Assembly: GCA_951406725.2 (NCBI GenBank)
Contig: OX597815.1
Span: 34,162,001 to 34,226,000, forward strand
DNA length: 64,000 bases
Origin: Octopus vulgaris
Lineage: Eukaryota
Direction of reading: 5' to 3'
A program made the position numbers and the translations under genes. A model generated the notes under the pieces. It saw only the letters and a list, made by a program, of their open reading frames with translations. It had not been told where the DNA came from and did not search any database. Positions 44,560-58,272 of this stretch are shown one piece after another; positions within the stretch are counted from its first letter, which is position 1; the number at the start of each line of letters is the position of its first letter.

Positions 44560-44924
44560 AATAAATATTAGGGAATAAATCCAAATTTACAGGGAAAAAT
44601 CAGATTTAGGATTGAATCCAATTTTATAGTAAAATATTATATAATATTAATTAGAGACAAAACCACTATTATGCAAATCAAACAAAGAAAGACTTAATCC
44701 AATACATAAAAATTTTTTTTATAATATAAAATTTTTCATAATATAAAATTTTTCATAATATAAAATTGAATAGAAGGTCTGAAAACCACCTGATGAATGT
44801 CCTTAGAAGTGACAAGAAACAATTGTAGTGGATAACTTAATTTTATTTAATTTATATAAAAATTTTTATGTATTGGATTAAGTCTTTCTTTGTTTGATTT
44901 GCATAATAGTGGTTTTGTCTCTAA

Positions 44925-44940
<16 letters not shown>
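44560..44940 (+). mobile_element. Non-coding fold-back cassette (~80 bp inverted repeats) with hammerhead, in (TA)n; probable mini-PLE
   Basis: 44641-44716 is the reverse complement of ~44858-44933; hammerhead lies between the arms. Confidence 0.8.
44786..44831 (+). ncRNA. Minimal type-I hammerhead ribozyme
   Basis: ccac-CTGATGA-a-tgtc-cttagaagt-gaca-a-GAAAC-aatt-GTA-gtgg; palindromic ACAATTGT stem III. Confidence 0.8.
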
Positions 44941-44970
<30 letters not shown>

Positions 44971-45619
44971 ATCATATTATATGTATGTGTATATTGTGAA
45001 AACGGGCGAGGGAAGCGAAGATCAGTTTAGTAGGAAGGTATGTGACGTTAGGAGAATATGATGATTACTTATCATCGTTTTTTCCAAGCTTCCTTTGTAT
45101 CTAAATACAAAATAATATTTCTAGAATACACTCAACAGAATCGGTATCCATTGCACAAACGTAACCTTTCAACTCCTAGCAACTACAATTCACATTTAAG
45201 GAGCACAAGGGGTAACTTTAAAAGCAATTTCTCTATCTGGATCAGCATCACCTCCAAATTGGATATGGAAACGATGCAAAAACATTCTAATCAGATTCAA
45301 ACCTGAACTATAAGCAGCCGCTACTTACATATCAAATTTGCCCCAATTTGCTATAAGCATCCGCCACTTTGTTTCTTTTGGATAGCATAAACAATCAGTC
45401 ATTACATATCTTTATTTGTTCGTTCACATACACAAAGCCTATTTGCCCCAATTTGCTATAAATAACTGCCACACCTCAATCTTCAAGCTGCTCCTCTTCA
45501 AAAGTTTCAGACCACACGAGGTCTATCACCAATATCAGTGAAGAAATCCCCATCAGCTTACTAGAAAGGAGAGAGAGAATCACCTATTTTTAAGTCTCTC
45601 ATTTATTTATAAGAAAGTC

Positions 45620-46260
45620 CCAAAATATGAAAGAAAAAAAAATCTTTTGATGACCCTTTCGATATCAGCCCCATGGATTTTCATTCTCTCCAAATTTAGT
45701 GAAGCTTATCATTCCTGGAAGGAAGATTATACAAAAATGATGGCCTTGTGTTAAACAAAAACTATAATTCAACAATGACTAGAATCAGAAAGAACCTTCA
45801 TTGCTTATTTAAGAATTATCGGACCCTACCTCGAAGTTTATAACCGTAGAAATATATATAAAAAAAGAAAAGTTAATCCACCCTATAATCCTTCAGTAAT
45901 CCCAGACATAACCAGAATATTCATTTGCTTAAGTGGCACTTTCCACCCAACATAATTAATATGAATATTTAATAAGAGTGTGATAAAACATCTTTGCGAC
46001 CTCCGATCTTGACTAATGTATTCCTGACTCCAATATTTCTTATGTAATAAGTCTAGAGATACAACTAATTCCTCTTCAATGTCATCACAGCCAATTCTGT
46101 CAAGACTTATAAGGCTTCACTACCACTGACCTCAAAGTCAGACACGAGAAATATGATTTCTTTTAGATATAAACTTAGAAGAAAACAGCCCCCACCCTCT
46201 CTCTCTCTCTGTTAAAATATATTGAAACCTCAAATCCAATAATATAGCACACAGTCTTAA
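45620..46260 (+). pseudogene. Possible highly decayed PLE-type reverse transcriptase
   Basis: Scattered motif echoes in the expected order across frames: LLMT/FDIS, CVKQ..FNN..QK, LDINL..VKIY. Confidence 0.25.
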
Positions 46261-48679
46261 CAAAGATATTCACTAAAACCAAACCTTATGATGGAGGTAA
46301 AGTCGTGCGGACTGAATGTAGCAGAGACGTTTTGAATTCTACAAGGGACAGACCTTTTATTCAACAGATGTTTCGAAAGTCTTATCTCATGCAACAGTAA
46401 AATCCTTAAAACCTACGATTGCTCCTATCGAGCATATACCAACGCCACCACATTTCCCTTAACCTAAACGTTCACACCCATACGCATTCTACCTTCGGGT
46501 TAAATACACATATACAATTCCTCGAAAGACGGCTTCCTCGCCCATTATCTTGCAAACCTGTAGTTTTTTTTTAACTCCTCTACCCTTTTTACCCACTATG
46601 ATTCTTAACCCACTCTACACGATACATAAACCATACACCCTCATGTTTTCCCTTTGTATTTTTCACGTAGTCTTCACATTTTTTTTTCATTTTTTGCTTG
46701 TGTCTCCACGTAATTTTTTTTACATCCTTTTTCCCTTTTTTGCCATATTTCTTAACGTCTTTCCCGGAAATTTTTCCATGTATCTGCCTTGCAATTTTCT
46801 TAAACCTCTCGCACATTTCCCTTACATCATTCTCGAGTTGTTATATACGATTACTTTCTTACGGTTTAATTATTTTAACCATGTAATTTCTTTTCCTCAT
46901 TGCCTCACATCTGCGTTCCTACTTTACCGATTCCTCACATTCGTTGTTTTCCGTCTTACACATTTTATCGTACACTTCACCTCTTCTGCCATGCATTTCT
47001 CTCCACTTCTTAAACAACCTCAAGCTTTTTGTGATCATTCTATTTATTCGCTGTTGTTTTTTAAAGAGTTGATATTTAATTTTGGTTTTAATTTTTCACA
47101 TCAGCTCCAATATTATATTTTCTTATTTTATTATACTTTAATTTAAACTAATAAAGTTCACTAATTAATAAATTTCAATGATTTTTTCAACCTCACGAAT
47201 TCTTTATATTTTACTTCCATTAATCTACCACAATTTCTTCTGGTATTTTTATTTCATTTTTTTTTTGTTTGTTTGTTATGTATTCATTTTTATTAACACG
47301 ACTATCCCTCCTCTACATCTAATCTACCCAATTCAACATTTATTAAGAATATCAGATGCTACAATTGTCTTCCCTGACAGAAAGAACTAATTCTTACACT
47401 AGTCACACTTTTGCTGAAATTCCTATTGTTTCCATTACAATATTGAAGGATGGGTGGGGTAAGAGTGAATGGCTAAAAGAGGATAACTCCATGACCGATT
47501 TTAACCATTCACTTACCCTACCCTTCCATAACATCTTATCCTGTCCCCCCAAATCTTTCCTTATCCCTCGACAGCCCTTCATCCCCTTTCTCTCTCTCTC
47601 CCTGTTACTGTTTCACCCTCTCACGGTTACTCAGCTTTATCCTCTCTTCAGTATTCTTACTGTAAGTATAGTTATTATTATAGTATTTTTATCTTCGTTA
47701 TTATTTCTATTATTACAGTCGCCAAGACGGTGAACTTGCAGAAAAGAGAGAACGTCGGAAAATGTTTTGCACTATTTATTCCAGTTCTTTACGTTCTGCC
47801 GTGGTCAACTTTAACTTCCATCTCTCAACAGTCGATAAAATAAAGTACCAGTTAACAGTATCGACTAAGACCCTCTTTCTAAAATTACTGTGCCTGTGAA
47901 AAATTTATAAGGATTCGCCTGATCGACTACTTTCTCCATAATGGATGACCGAGTTTCTCGACTGCATAGCTATTGATATTAGTCGAAAAACGGTTTGTGA
48001 AATTTTTACATTTTCTTCATCAGGAGTCCGAGGGCTTTGTTGTATATAGTGCTGGCACTTACATTATTCTTTCCTCTTAGCTTACATATGCAAGCAGAAT
48101 ACATGTCCCCGACTGTGATTCCTGTTTGCAGTACAGCGCAAGTGGCAATCAAAACCAGGTAGCAGACCGCGTCAATATTTTCTAGCCAATGAAATTACTC
48201 ACAACCCATCACTTCGAAACGCACTCACATGCACCCAAACACACTCTCTCTCCCTCTCTCTCACTCACACACACGCACACACAGAGACACATACACACAG
48301 AAACAGCCGTAAGCAATATCATGATATAAAGACTTATGCTATTCACCCACCTCGATGGACAGATTATTTACAACAAAACAAAATAACGAAGTAAAGACGA
48401 GAAACATCAACAGTTTATAATTAAATAAGCTTAAATAGTCACTGCTGTTGCTGGTACTGTTTAGGTCAGTGTCAACCAGGAACGACAAGAACACACGCTA
48501 AGAAATGTATACAATGATACCAACACAAGCAGACTTACTTGACATTAGTAATACTCTAGTTCAGATAGTGTAGTGCATGGAAAAGAAACCGGATGGCAAA
48601 ACCATATCTATGCTTTTCAGCCAATGAAATCACTCGCTGCGAGTAAATTGTTTTTATTATAACTTGGCATAGAAATAGT

Positions 48680-48776
<97 letters not shown>

Positions 48777-49936
48777 ACACACACAGTCATCCACACACAC
48801 ACACTGTACTGTTCCGTTATTAGTGGGCTCAACCAAAAATGTACTCCATCCAGCGAGAGATAAATATATTTTAATAAATAATAAATACAGGATTAAATGT
48901 GAGCCACTATAAGCTGCATGCTCTGATAGTACAGTAATCATGTGTGTGTATACATACATACATACATACATACATACATACATACATACATACATACATA
49001 CATACATACAGTCAGACAGATAGACAGACATACATGCATATAAGCAAGAGATGTGAAAAATTTTAGTATAAAAATTATTGCACGTGTTTCATTTGCTAAT
49101 GGGAGTTACAAAATTGTACATGTAAGATATCTATTAGAAATTATTCAGACAGAACATCAAATAATAATGGGGAATGAATAATGCCAAAAACATCTCAAAT
49201 TTTTGCAAAAAAAATATTTCCCAGAATTTTCAACTCTTATGCATACCCCAGACAGATATAAGATCTACATACATACAGAATAAGCAGAAATGCCTCAAGA
49301 GGACACAGCTTGTATTTTAACTCTGACTACATAAAGGTAATAAATATACGACTGGTCAGCTACAAGACCGGTGTAAAAAAGGAAGAGAAAGAAAGGCTGG
49401 CCGCGGGTCACGTGTCAGCAGTAGGCGGAGGGGAAAGGGGGAAGAGAGAGTGAAAGAGTGGGGAGAGAAAAAGGGAGAAAGAAGAAATAGAGAAAGAAGA
49501 AAGGCAGGAAATAGAAATAAGAGGGTGAGAGAGAGAGAGAGAGATCCTTCGGGATTTCCCTCTAAGCGTTATCCACCAATCGTGCTTCTTGCCCTAAGGT
49601 TGTATTTTGTTCGTTTCTTATTTATTTCGTCTTGTCTTTCGCCCAGCGTTTTGAATTACATTTATTCACTTTCGTATGTCTACTTCTCTATCGCGTGTAT
49701 TCCATGTATTGTTTGTTCTCGGTCCATTATTGTCCACAACTTTCGCGGGCACTACCAGCATGGGAAGTATCTCAGTCATATCATTAGTGGTACCATCTGG
49801 TTGATGACTGATGACTTATGTTTTTGTTTTCCGTCCATTTGTGCACTCAATATACGTTTTTCCGTTCGTCTGTGTATTCATTATACGTTTTTGTCGTGTG
49901 TGCATTACTATACATCTTTTCACTTATATATATGTA

Positions 49937-50002
<66 letters not shown>

Positions 50003-50053
50003 GGAGCAGAAAATTCAACAAAACCTGTTGAATCTTCTGCTGCTTTAAATAAA

Positions 50054-50125
<72 letters not shown>

Positions 50126-50130
<5 letters not shown>

Positions 50131-50366
50131 AGTGTAGTATGCTTGCATATCCATGTCCAGTGTCAACATAGGTAATTTATACTGATAGTGATAACGGTTA
50201 TTCCAACCGCTAACTCTACTTACCTATATATATATAAATATATATAGGTAAGTAGAGTTAAGAAGAAAGGTAGGAATAGTTAGCGGTTGGAATAACCGTT
50301 ATCACTATCAGTATAAATTACCTATGTTGACACTGGGCATGGATATGCAAGCATACTACACTCACA
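50126..50366. repeat. Inverted repeat (~100 bp arms) folded at a (TA)n tip
   Basis: 50126-50214 is the reverse complement of ~50278-50366; inner ctctacttacc/ggtaagtagag also pairs. Confidence 0.9.
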
Positions 50367-50501
50367 GGATACAGAATAAGAGAATAAGCAAGAGTTTATC
50401 AGGAATCAAATTTTAAATAAGCGGAAAATGGAAAAAACGTTTGATCAACAAACAAATTGACTTCCATCGGTTAATTATTTTTTAATACAAAACTTTAACA
50501 T

Positions 50502-50616
50502 AGCTTACAGCCGTTTCTGCTACCAATGTCAGTCGGTGCCTCCAAAGAAAATTATGAGAATAATATTCGTCATCTTTATAGCACATCCAATCTAGTACAT
50601 GGAGCTTCATCAGAGT
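50502..50616 (-). ncRNA. Hammerhead-like motif with extended stem II insert
   Basis: Minus strand: ct-CTGATGA-a-gctcca..(long loop)..tggtagc-a-GAAAC-ggct-GTA-ag; stem I short. Confidence 0.55.
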
Positions 50617-51139
50617 GAATACAAATACATAAAATAAAAGAAGAGAAGAGGGAAGAGGAAAGTAGGCTTAATGAATTAGAATCATACCATTTTGCAGTGT
50701 AAAGCTTGAAGTCGATGAGCTGAATAAACTAGCAAATAAACAATAAAAATAATTGGTGGTTTAATCTTTCTTTAGGGGTACGAGGGTGTATAAATAATAA
50801 GAAAATAAACTAGTAGTTAGTTAAGTATAACAGGATTCGCTAATAAGCCTAGAAAAGAATAGTACTTATGATTTGGTAAATAGCGCTGATTATTGTTTAT
50901 CCAAAAGCAAATCCGTAAAGTTATTGCAATAGTGTACTTACTGATATATTCTAAAGATCAACCACCTGATGTCCGTAATAAAAATGACCAAAGTTCAGCC
51001 ATCTCTATAATTGGTCAGTTAAATTTAAAACAAAGGGCAAGCTAAGATTGTTATAGGGGTAGATGGCAATAAAGAAGTAAATAGAACAGTAAATAAAGTG
51101 CGAGTGGGTAGTCTATGTTTATATATATTATATATTATA

Positions 51140-51455
51140 TCACGTGATCACGTGACCGACCAGACCATCAGATGTTGCCACACATCGCTGGTCACAATGC
51201 ACTTCGCTTTGTTTTAGCCTTTAAATGACGCCACCCCGCTGGCTAAGCGAGCAGGCCAACAGAAGAAAGAGTGAGAGAAAGAGTGGTGAAAGAGTACAGC
51301 AGGGATCACCTCCCCCCCCCCCACTGCCGGAGCCTCGTGGAAACTTTTAGGTGTTTTTGCTCAATAAACACACACAACGCCCGGTCTGGGGATCATAACC
51401 GCGATCCTCCGACCGCGAGTCCACTGCCCTAATCACTGGGCCATTGCGTCTCCAT
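51140..51455 (-). mobile_element. SINE family C, tail type 2, in TA-rich repeat
   Basis: Homologous to 38081-38370. Confidence 0.88.
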
Positions 51456-51480
51456 ATATATATTATATATTATATATATT

Positions 51481-51663
<183 letters not shown>

Positions 51664-52689
51664 TATATTATTTTTAAGGGAATAAAAACTATATTTTAAT
51701 TTTTTAAAGCCCTTAAGTATGTGTAAAATAGGTATGCTTAAATTAGTATCGCTGGACTCTACAGTACAAGCCATAATTCAGATAAAAATTCAAATAAAGA
51801 TAAAAAGTTGCAAAAATAAAAGTTACACAAATAAAGTAAGGAATAAAAAAGCTAAAAAATATACGAAAATTTACAAAAAAATAAAATTAAATACGAATAA
51901 AAATAAAAGGGATGGCAAGGAAAATATACACGAATAAAAATTAATAAACATGGAGGCAACGACGAAAAGATAATTTCAAATAAGAGGTATAGATCTAATT
52001 GCGAACTGCAAAATTTCCAAGTGATACGAATGGTAACTTTTAAAAATTTACTAAGTAAAATAAAATAAAATAAAATAAAATATAATAAAATAAAATTATT
52101 TCACGAGCAAGCTATTCCGTTGATCGTATCTGCTGGGACCCTTGTCGCCGTAACCGACGGAGTGCTCCTCCTCCTCCAAGTCCTTTCTCCACTTATCAAA
52201 ATGGTAATATTAACCAATAACAGATCTGATGGATATCCCAATATTTTAAAATTTCTTTTTGTTTTATTCTATTTTTTTTTTATCTCTTCAGAACATCCTA
52301 TTGATTCTATTGGCTGCCACCCACCAACGTAAAACCTTAATATTTGAGATTAGTTAACCCTTGTAGTTTTCCTAAACAGTTATTAAACTGTTGAACAGCA
52401 TGATGTTTACAAACATTACACTATCAAAATTTCCTGTCCATGTGCTATGTACATACATTGGTCACCTTACTGTCATCTCTGTCTATTGCTAAACGTGTTA
52501 CAGTATAGAGTGAGACTATCCCATCTACATTATTCTTTCGGATGTTTTTATGTCGCTTCTCGTCTCCTTCTCCGTATACACTTTTATACATGTGTGTATA
52601 GTTGGATAGCTACATGTAGCAAATAAATTGTTGGATATGTTTTCACTGTACATGAGATTGATAAAGGCGCAGTACATTCCTCGTCTGAC

Positions 52690-52825
52690 ATTTGCATGTT
52701 GATTTTAGTAGTTTTCAATATTGCTGCATGATAGTGGATCAATAATAGGTTAGCCGTCGGCTTCCTGAACAATACCGTAGACTACAGCCATAGACATTGC
52801 TTGCTGAAGAAATGGCATGGACTGT
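52690..52825 (-). pseudogene. PLE reverse transcriptase thumb fragment
   Basis: MPFL..TVLFRKPTANLLLIHYHAAILKTTKIN resembles the PLE PFLD..YRKPT..LH.....K motif. Confidence 0.45.
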
Positions 52826-54149
52826 AAGATAACAAGAAAGAGTGAGAAAATGTGATAGAGAGACCGAGGTGGGGGTGAGGGTATACTACGCGGAAAATTA
52901 AAATGCTTCTGAACACAGACCAACCAATATATTACTACCGCCCCTCACATCACCATCACTCCCCAACACCATTACCACCACCACCACCACCATCACTCCC
53001 CATTACTCATCACCCCTACCACCACACCATTCGCCCACAATACCCCATCACTTCCACCACCATTACCGCCACCATCAACCTACCATTATCAACACTACTG
53101 CAATCACCATCATAACAACAACAGCAACAACATAATGAAGGGGATTGAGACGAGAAATTTTAATAAAGTGGAGAATCCCCCCCCCCCCCCAAAAAAGTGA
53201 TGGGGAAGATAATCCCAAGAAATACTAGATAAACAAATAATAACCTTATTGCAGCCGTGTGATTGTAAGTAGGCATGGCTGCGAGGTTTAAGCATTCGTT
53301 TCGTAACTACGGGATTTTAGGATGGTTCCTACAGTATGACATCGTGAGCATGTGTCTTCCACAAGAGAATACGGATGACTTACGGGTGAAATCCGACAGA
53401 TGGTAACTGAGCGGAAGCACACCCAGGAGACCGTTCACGTTTTCGAGTGGTAAACTTAATCCTTCTCACGAGTTAATAGCACGCATTGGCCCTTTGTATG
53501 TCTTTTGGGTCAGGTCTCCAGCCTCAGGGTAACTTTTTTTCTTCTTTCCCATAAATTTCTGAATCCCTGATCAAAGTCACCGGTACTGCCTCTCTCCTTT
53601 GATATAGAGACGTGGTAAAAAGATGACAAGGGTAGAGAGGGAGGTAGATTGACTAAGACTGATAGAGTATGAAGGTGTTGGTACGTTTCTATGTGTAAAA
53701 GAGAGAGAAAAGAGAAAGAGAGATAGTGAGTGAGTGAGTAAGTGAGTGACTGACAGAGAAAATATGAGAAAAATTCTCAACAGAAATATCTTCGCGAATC
53801 TGTGTGATTTGATCAACAACTGACTTCCAAAAGATACATTGAAGTAGAGAATCAGATTGTGATGAAAGACTTCGGTATTTTATAAAAAGCAATAACAATA
53901 GAGACTGTTATAAAAAAATATATATCAAAATAGATGTGATTATAACGGTATATGTTTATTTTTAAATGTCCAAAACGGTTCAGCCTCAATGTAATTATAT
54001 GAGTTTCAACAAACTGTCAGAAGAAATCACTTTCAAAGCGACTGAAACAAGGCTATGGAATACAAGTTTAGTTAGTGCTAAAATATTAAATCTAACACAC
54101 GGTCCAGTTCTCGTTGTGTTCTGATGGCGCGAATGCCTTAATGACCCTG

Positions 54150-54480
54150 AGCTCTATGTTAGTGGAGCACAAGCTCCACATAGGACCTCTCATTCTGGAC
54201 AAGCCAAAGGACAGTGGCCAGTCTAATATGGACCGTCTTTTCCCAGAGGTAAAATGGGTTTACGTAGAGCCAACAACCCCTATGTAGAAAGAAAGCAAAG
54301 ATACTGAAATATCGACGACAATTCAAAACCAACAAGACCTGAGAGAAGGCTTTCTTCGGGGACATGTCAGGCCCTGATCTGGAACCCACAGGGGAAGAGG
54401 CAGAAAAATCAGTCCAGAGTGGTGAACAATAAGAAGATATCAATGGCCTCTTCTCCATAAGAAACGAAGGGCTTAACTAT
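54150..54480 (+). mobile_element. Possible RTE-derived non-autonomous element
   Basis: gggtttacgtagagccaacaaccc and terminal caatggcctcttctccataagaaacgaagggcttaac resemble RTE 5' and 3' ends; degenerate. Confidence 0.3.
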
Positions 54481-54499
54481 CAAAGTAACATATTTAATA

Positions 54500-54800
54500 T
54501 AAGGAACATAAAAAACAATATTAAACAATGACTAAGATATTTTTTTCAAGTACAGGAATCAACATCAGACATGCTTCGGTCGTATTGTGAGCTCATCAGT
54601 GAAGCATTGACTTTACTGTTCATGCTGAAGTTCATGCTGGAACAATCCGCAAGAATAAGTATAATAAAGTACACTGGTTGGAATAATGAAGTAGAATTAT
54701 TTAAAGAAGGAATCACTCTAAGAGCGTTATACACATGCTTGGATATAAGACATAGGTTGCAGTCTTGATGTTTAAACGAACGTCTCATCGATATAAGTAA
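54500..54800 (-). mobile_element. PLE 3' remnant: endonuclease C-terminus followed by degenerate hammerhead (54562-54605)
   Basis: CNLCLISK..IPSLN, then tca-CTGATGA-gctc-acaatac-gacc-GAAGC-at-GTC-tga. Confidence 0.55.
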
Positions 54801-55208
54801 AATATTAGAACAAATTGTACGATTCCATGCTAACCTACACTAGCCAATAAAGAAGTCTTAACGCAGTCTATCAATCTTTTAGAAATAGCAACAAAATAAC
54901 CTCAGATTGCAGCCAACTATCTTATAAAATAAGGAATTAATTGTAAATATAATTTTAGATGTACAAAACACACGGGAGGGTCACGAGTGGAATTTCCTAT
55001 CGGCAAAACTACTAACCTAGACGAGACTAATATCTGACTGATCCACGACTGAGTCTCTACCTGGTCACTCGGTGTGGTAGAAATAGTAACTATATTGTCC
55101 TCAGCCCGCATCTATTGGTTATCGAAAAAGAGGCATGTCATAATTTCGTGCTAAGTTAACTGCACGTAAGAAAAAGGCTGGAGGCTCATAGTCGGAATGT
55201 CTTTATGA

Positions 55209-55214
<6 letters not shown>

Positions 55215-55253
<39 letters not shown>

Positions 55254-56027
55254 AAGAAGAAGAAGAAGAAGAAGAAGAAGAAGAAGAAGAAGAAGAAGAA
55301 GAAGAGCAAGAGAAGGCGGAGGAAAAGAAAAGGTGGAAGAGAAAAGGAGGAAGAGAAAAGGAGGAAGAAGAGGAGAAGGAAAAAGAGAAGAAGAAGAAGA
55401 TGATGATGATGATGAAGAAGAAGAAGAAGAAGAAGAAGAAGAAGAAGAAGAAGAAGAAGAAGAAGAAGATGATGATGAGCAGGAGGAAGAGGAGAAGCAG
55501 AGAAAAGGGAGAAGAAAAAGATGAAGAAAACGAAGACCACCAGCAATAACAATAGATATTTGAGGATTTAATATTTCATGTAACTCTTTGCATTTGACTG
55601 TAAATAACAACAATAACGATAGTAACAACAAGCACAACAACAACAGCAGCAGCAGCAGCTACAGCAACAACAACAACAATAACAACAACAGCAAAAACAG
55701 CTTGTCATTGAGGAACTCCTATGCAACGTGGAATAATTTATAAACAAAAACATAGTTGCCAGCACTTTAAAAACAACAGCAGCAGCAGCAGTTGCAGATA
55801 TGCAACCTCTGTTGCAACCACACAGCAGTAGTAAACGTCAAGAAGAAGAAGAACAAGAAGAACAACAAACAACAACTACTACTACTACTACTACTTCAAA
55901 AACAACAACAATAACAACAACCACTACCACTACTACTACTGCAAACTACGACTACGGCTACTATTGCTGCTGCTACTACTGCGACTACGATTACTACAAC
56001 TACTACTACTACTACTTTTGCAACAAT

Positions 56028-56074
<47 letters not shown>

Positions 56075-56109
56075 CTGCTACGACAACGACGACGAATACA
56101 GCAACAACG

Positions 56110-56200
<91 letters not shown>
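55215..56200. repeat. Compound trinucleotide block (TAG)n(AAG)n(CAA)n(TAC)n
   Basis: Directly visible. Confidence 0.95.
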
Positions 56201-56951
56201 TTTCCGGCCAGCGATAATGATTTCTATGAAGAAGAGTATTGCATCATAAGTATTCTATAAAGAACAACGAAAACAACAACAATGTACACACACACCATGG
56301 CCATCACCACAGACAAGAAGAAGAAGAAGTAATCAGCAACTATAAACTAACACCACCATCACCACCACCACCACCATCACCACCACTAAAACTATTACCA
56401 CGAACACAACCACCACTAAAACCATCACGCCCACCTCCACGATCAACATCACCCTTCACCACCTACACCGCCACCACTACAAACACCAACGACACTATAT
56501 AATCCGCGGCTTTGCATCACTGTCACCACCACTCCTACTATTGCCACCATCACCACCACCACCACCACCACAACAACAACAACAACAACAACAATCAACA
56601 ACAACAACAACACCAACAAATCCCCCAACTCCAAAGAAGGAAGTAAATATGGGATGTGACTGCTGAACTGGCACATACACCATTTCAAGGAATTTATGGC
56701 TGTTTACTGTTTTGTATTCAAGATCGATATACGTAGAAAGGGCTTGCAGGGTGAGGGCGGGGGAGGAGGAGGAGGAAGAGGAGGTGGAGAGGGCAGTGTT
56801 AATACCGGGTGGTGTGGTGTTGCGGTGCTACAGGGGTTGTGCTGTAGTTAAAATGTGGTGGTGCAATAGAAGAGAATTTGAGTATGGTGATAGTGGTGGT
56901 GGTGGTGGTGGTGGTCGTGGCGGCAGTGCGTGTAATGAGTGCAGACATGCA

Positions 56952-57110
<159 letters not shown>

Positions 57111-57296
57111 ATATATACATATTTATATATATGAGCGCGCGCGCGTGTGTAGGCATATTCTTTCTTTTACTTGCTTCAATCATTTGACTGCGGCTATATA
57201 TATATTTAGATATATATATATATGTATATATGTATATATATACGTGTTATGTATGTATGTATGTATGTATGTATATACATACACGCACACATACAT

Positions 57297-57335
<39 letters not shown>

Positions 57336-57726
57336 ATTAACAGAATGAGATAAAAATCCAAGGCCGTGAAAGATTTCAGAACATTTATAAAGAGAAGATC
57401 TTACAGCTGTTTCCGGGATATTTTATACATCCCTTCATCAGAAACGGCGTGTGAAAATGGTTAATCAATAGTTATTGTAGAGAAGAATGAAATAAAGAGT
57501 GAAGTGGAGGAAGGAAAACAGACGTGAAATAAATGTTCTGAAATCTGGATTTTTATCTCATCCTGTTAATTTTTTTTATATATACGCATGCTGATATATG
57601 ACCGTTGTTGGACTCCTCATTTGCATAATCACCGAGCCTGGAGGTTAACTATAGTTTATCCATAGCACTTACTCAGCATTACCTGACACCTTTGGGTCTT
57701 CTTGACACCATTACCTGTCATAAACT

Positions 57727-57730
<4 letters not shown>
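57336..57730 (-). mobile_element. Non-coding fold-back cassette with hammerhead, in (TA)n; probable mini-PLE
   Basis: 57336-57388 is the reverse complement of 57528-57570 apart from a ~10 bp indel; (TA)n on both sides. Confidence 0.75.
57399..57444 (-). ncRNA. Minimal type-I hammerhead ribozyme
   Basis: Minus strand: ttt-CTGATGA-a-gggat-gtataaaat-atccc-g-GAAAC-agct-GTA-aga; palindromic ACAGCTGT. Confidence 0.8.
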
Positions 57731-57784
<54 letters not shown>

Positions 57785-58272
57785 TAGCAGTATCGCCCGG
57801 CGTTGCTCGGGTTTGTAAGGGAAATAACTATATAAGCATTTTTAGAGAGTTACTTCCCTTATAAATTCGGGCTTTCTTAGCCATTTTTGTTTTGGTGTCT
57901 TCAAGCCATGAAGTCGTTGTTCTAAAAGAACGCTGGTCTCCTTCACAACGCATTACGACGTTGATTTCTTTACACTCCCTTCCCCACAGCTTCACGAGGG
58001 AGGGAAGGGGAGAAGCAAACAGGTGCAGCTGTGAGCGTGGACGCCAACTCCGCCGCCATCGACACACGATGCATTTTATGCATTAAAATGGAATAAAAAA
58101 TGATGTTAAATTATTTTTAAAATCGTAGAATCATCGTTGACGCTCGCTAATAGTCAGACGGGCTCGATATGAATCACGACTATAAGATACCCGAATTTGG
58201 TTAAACTGCACCGCAAAATGTGGGAGGAGTTAGGAATCTAAATCGAAGGGGACAGACACTCACACAACTAGA

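Noticed and set aside
46550-47146. 198 aa ORF rich in F and L
   Set aside because: Product of T-rich low-complexity DNA with non-ATG start and no motifs
47945-48030. Minus-strand CTGATGA..GAAACTCGGTC
   Set aside because: Stem I does not pair and stem II is not anchored to the core
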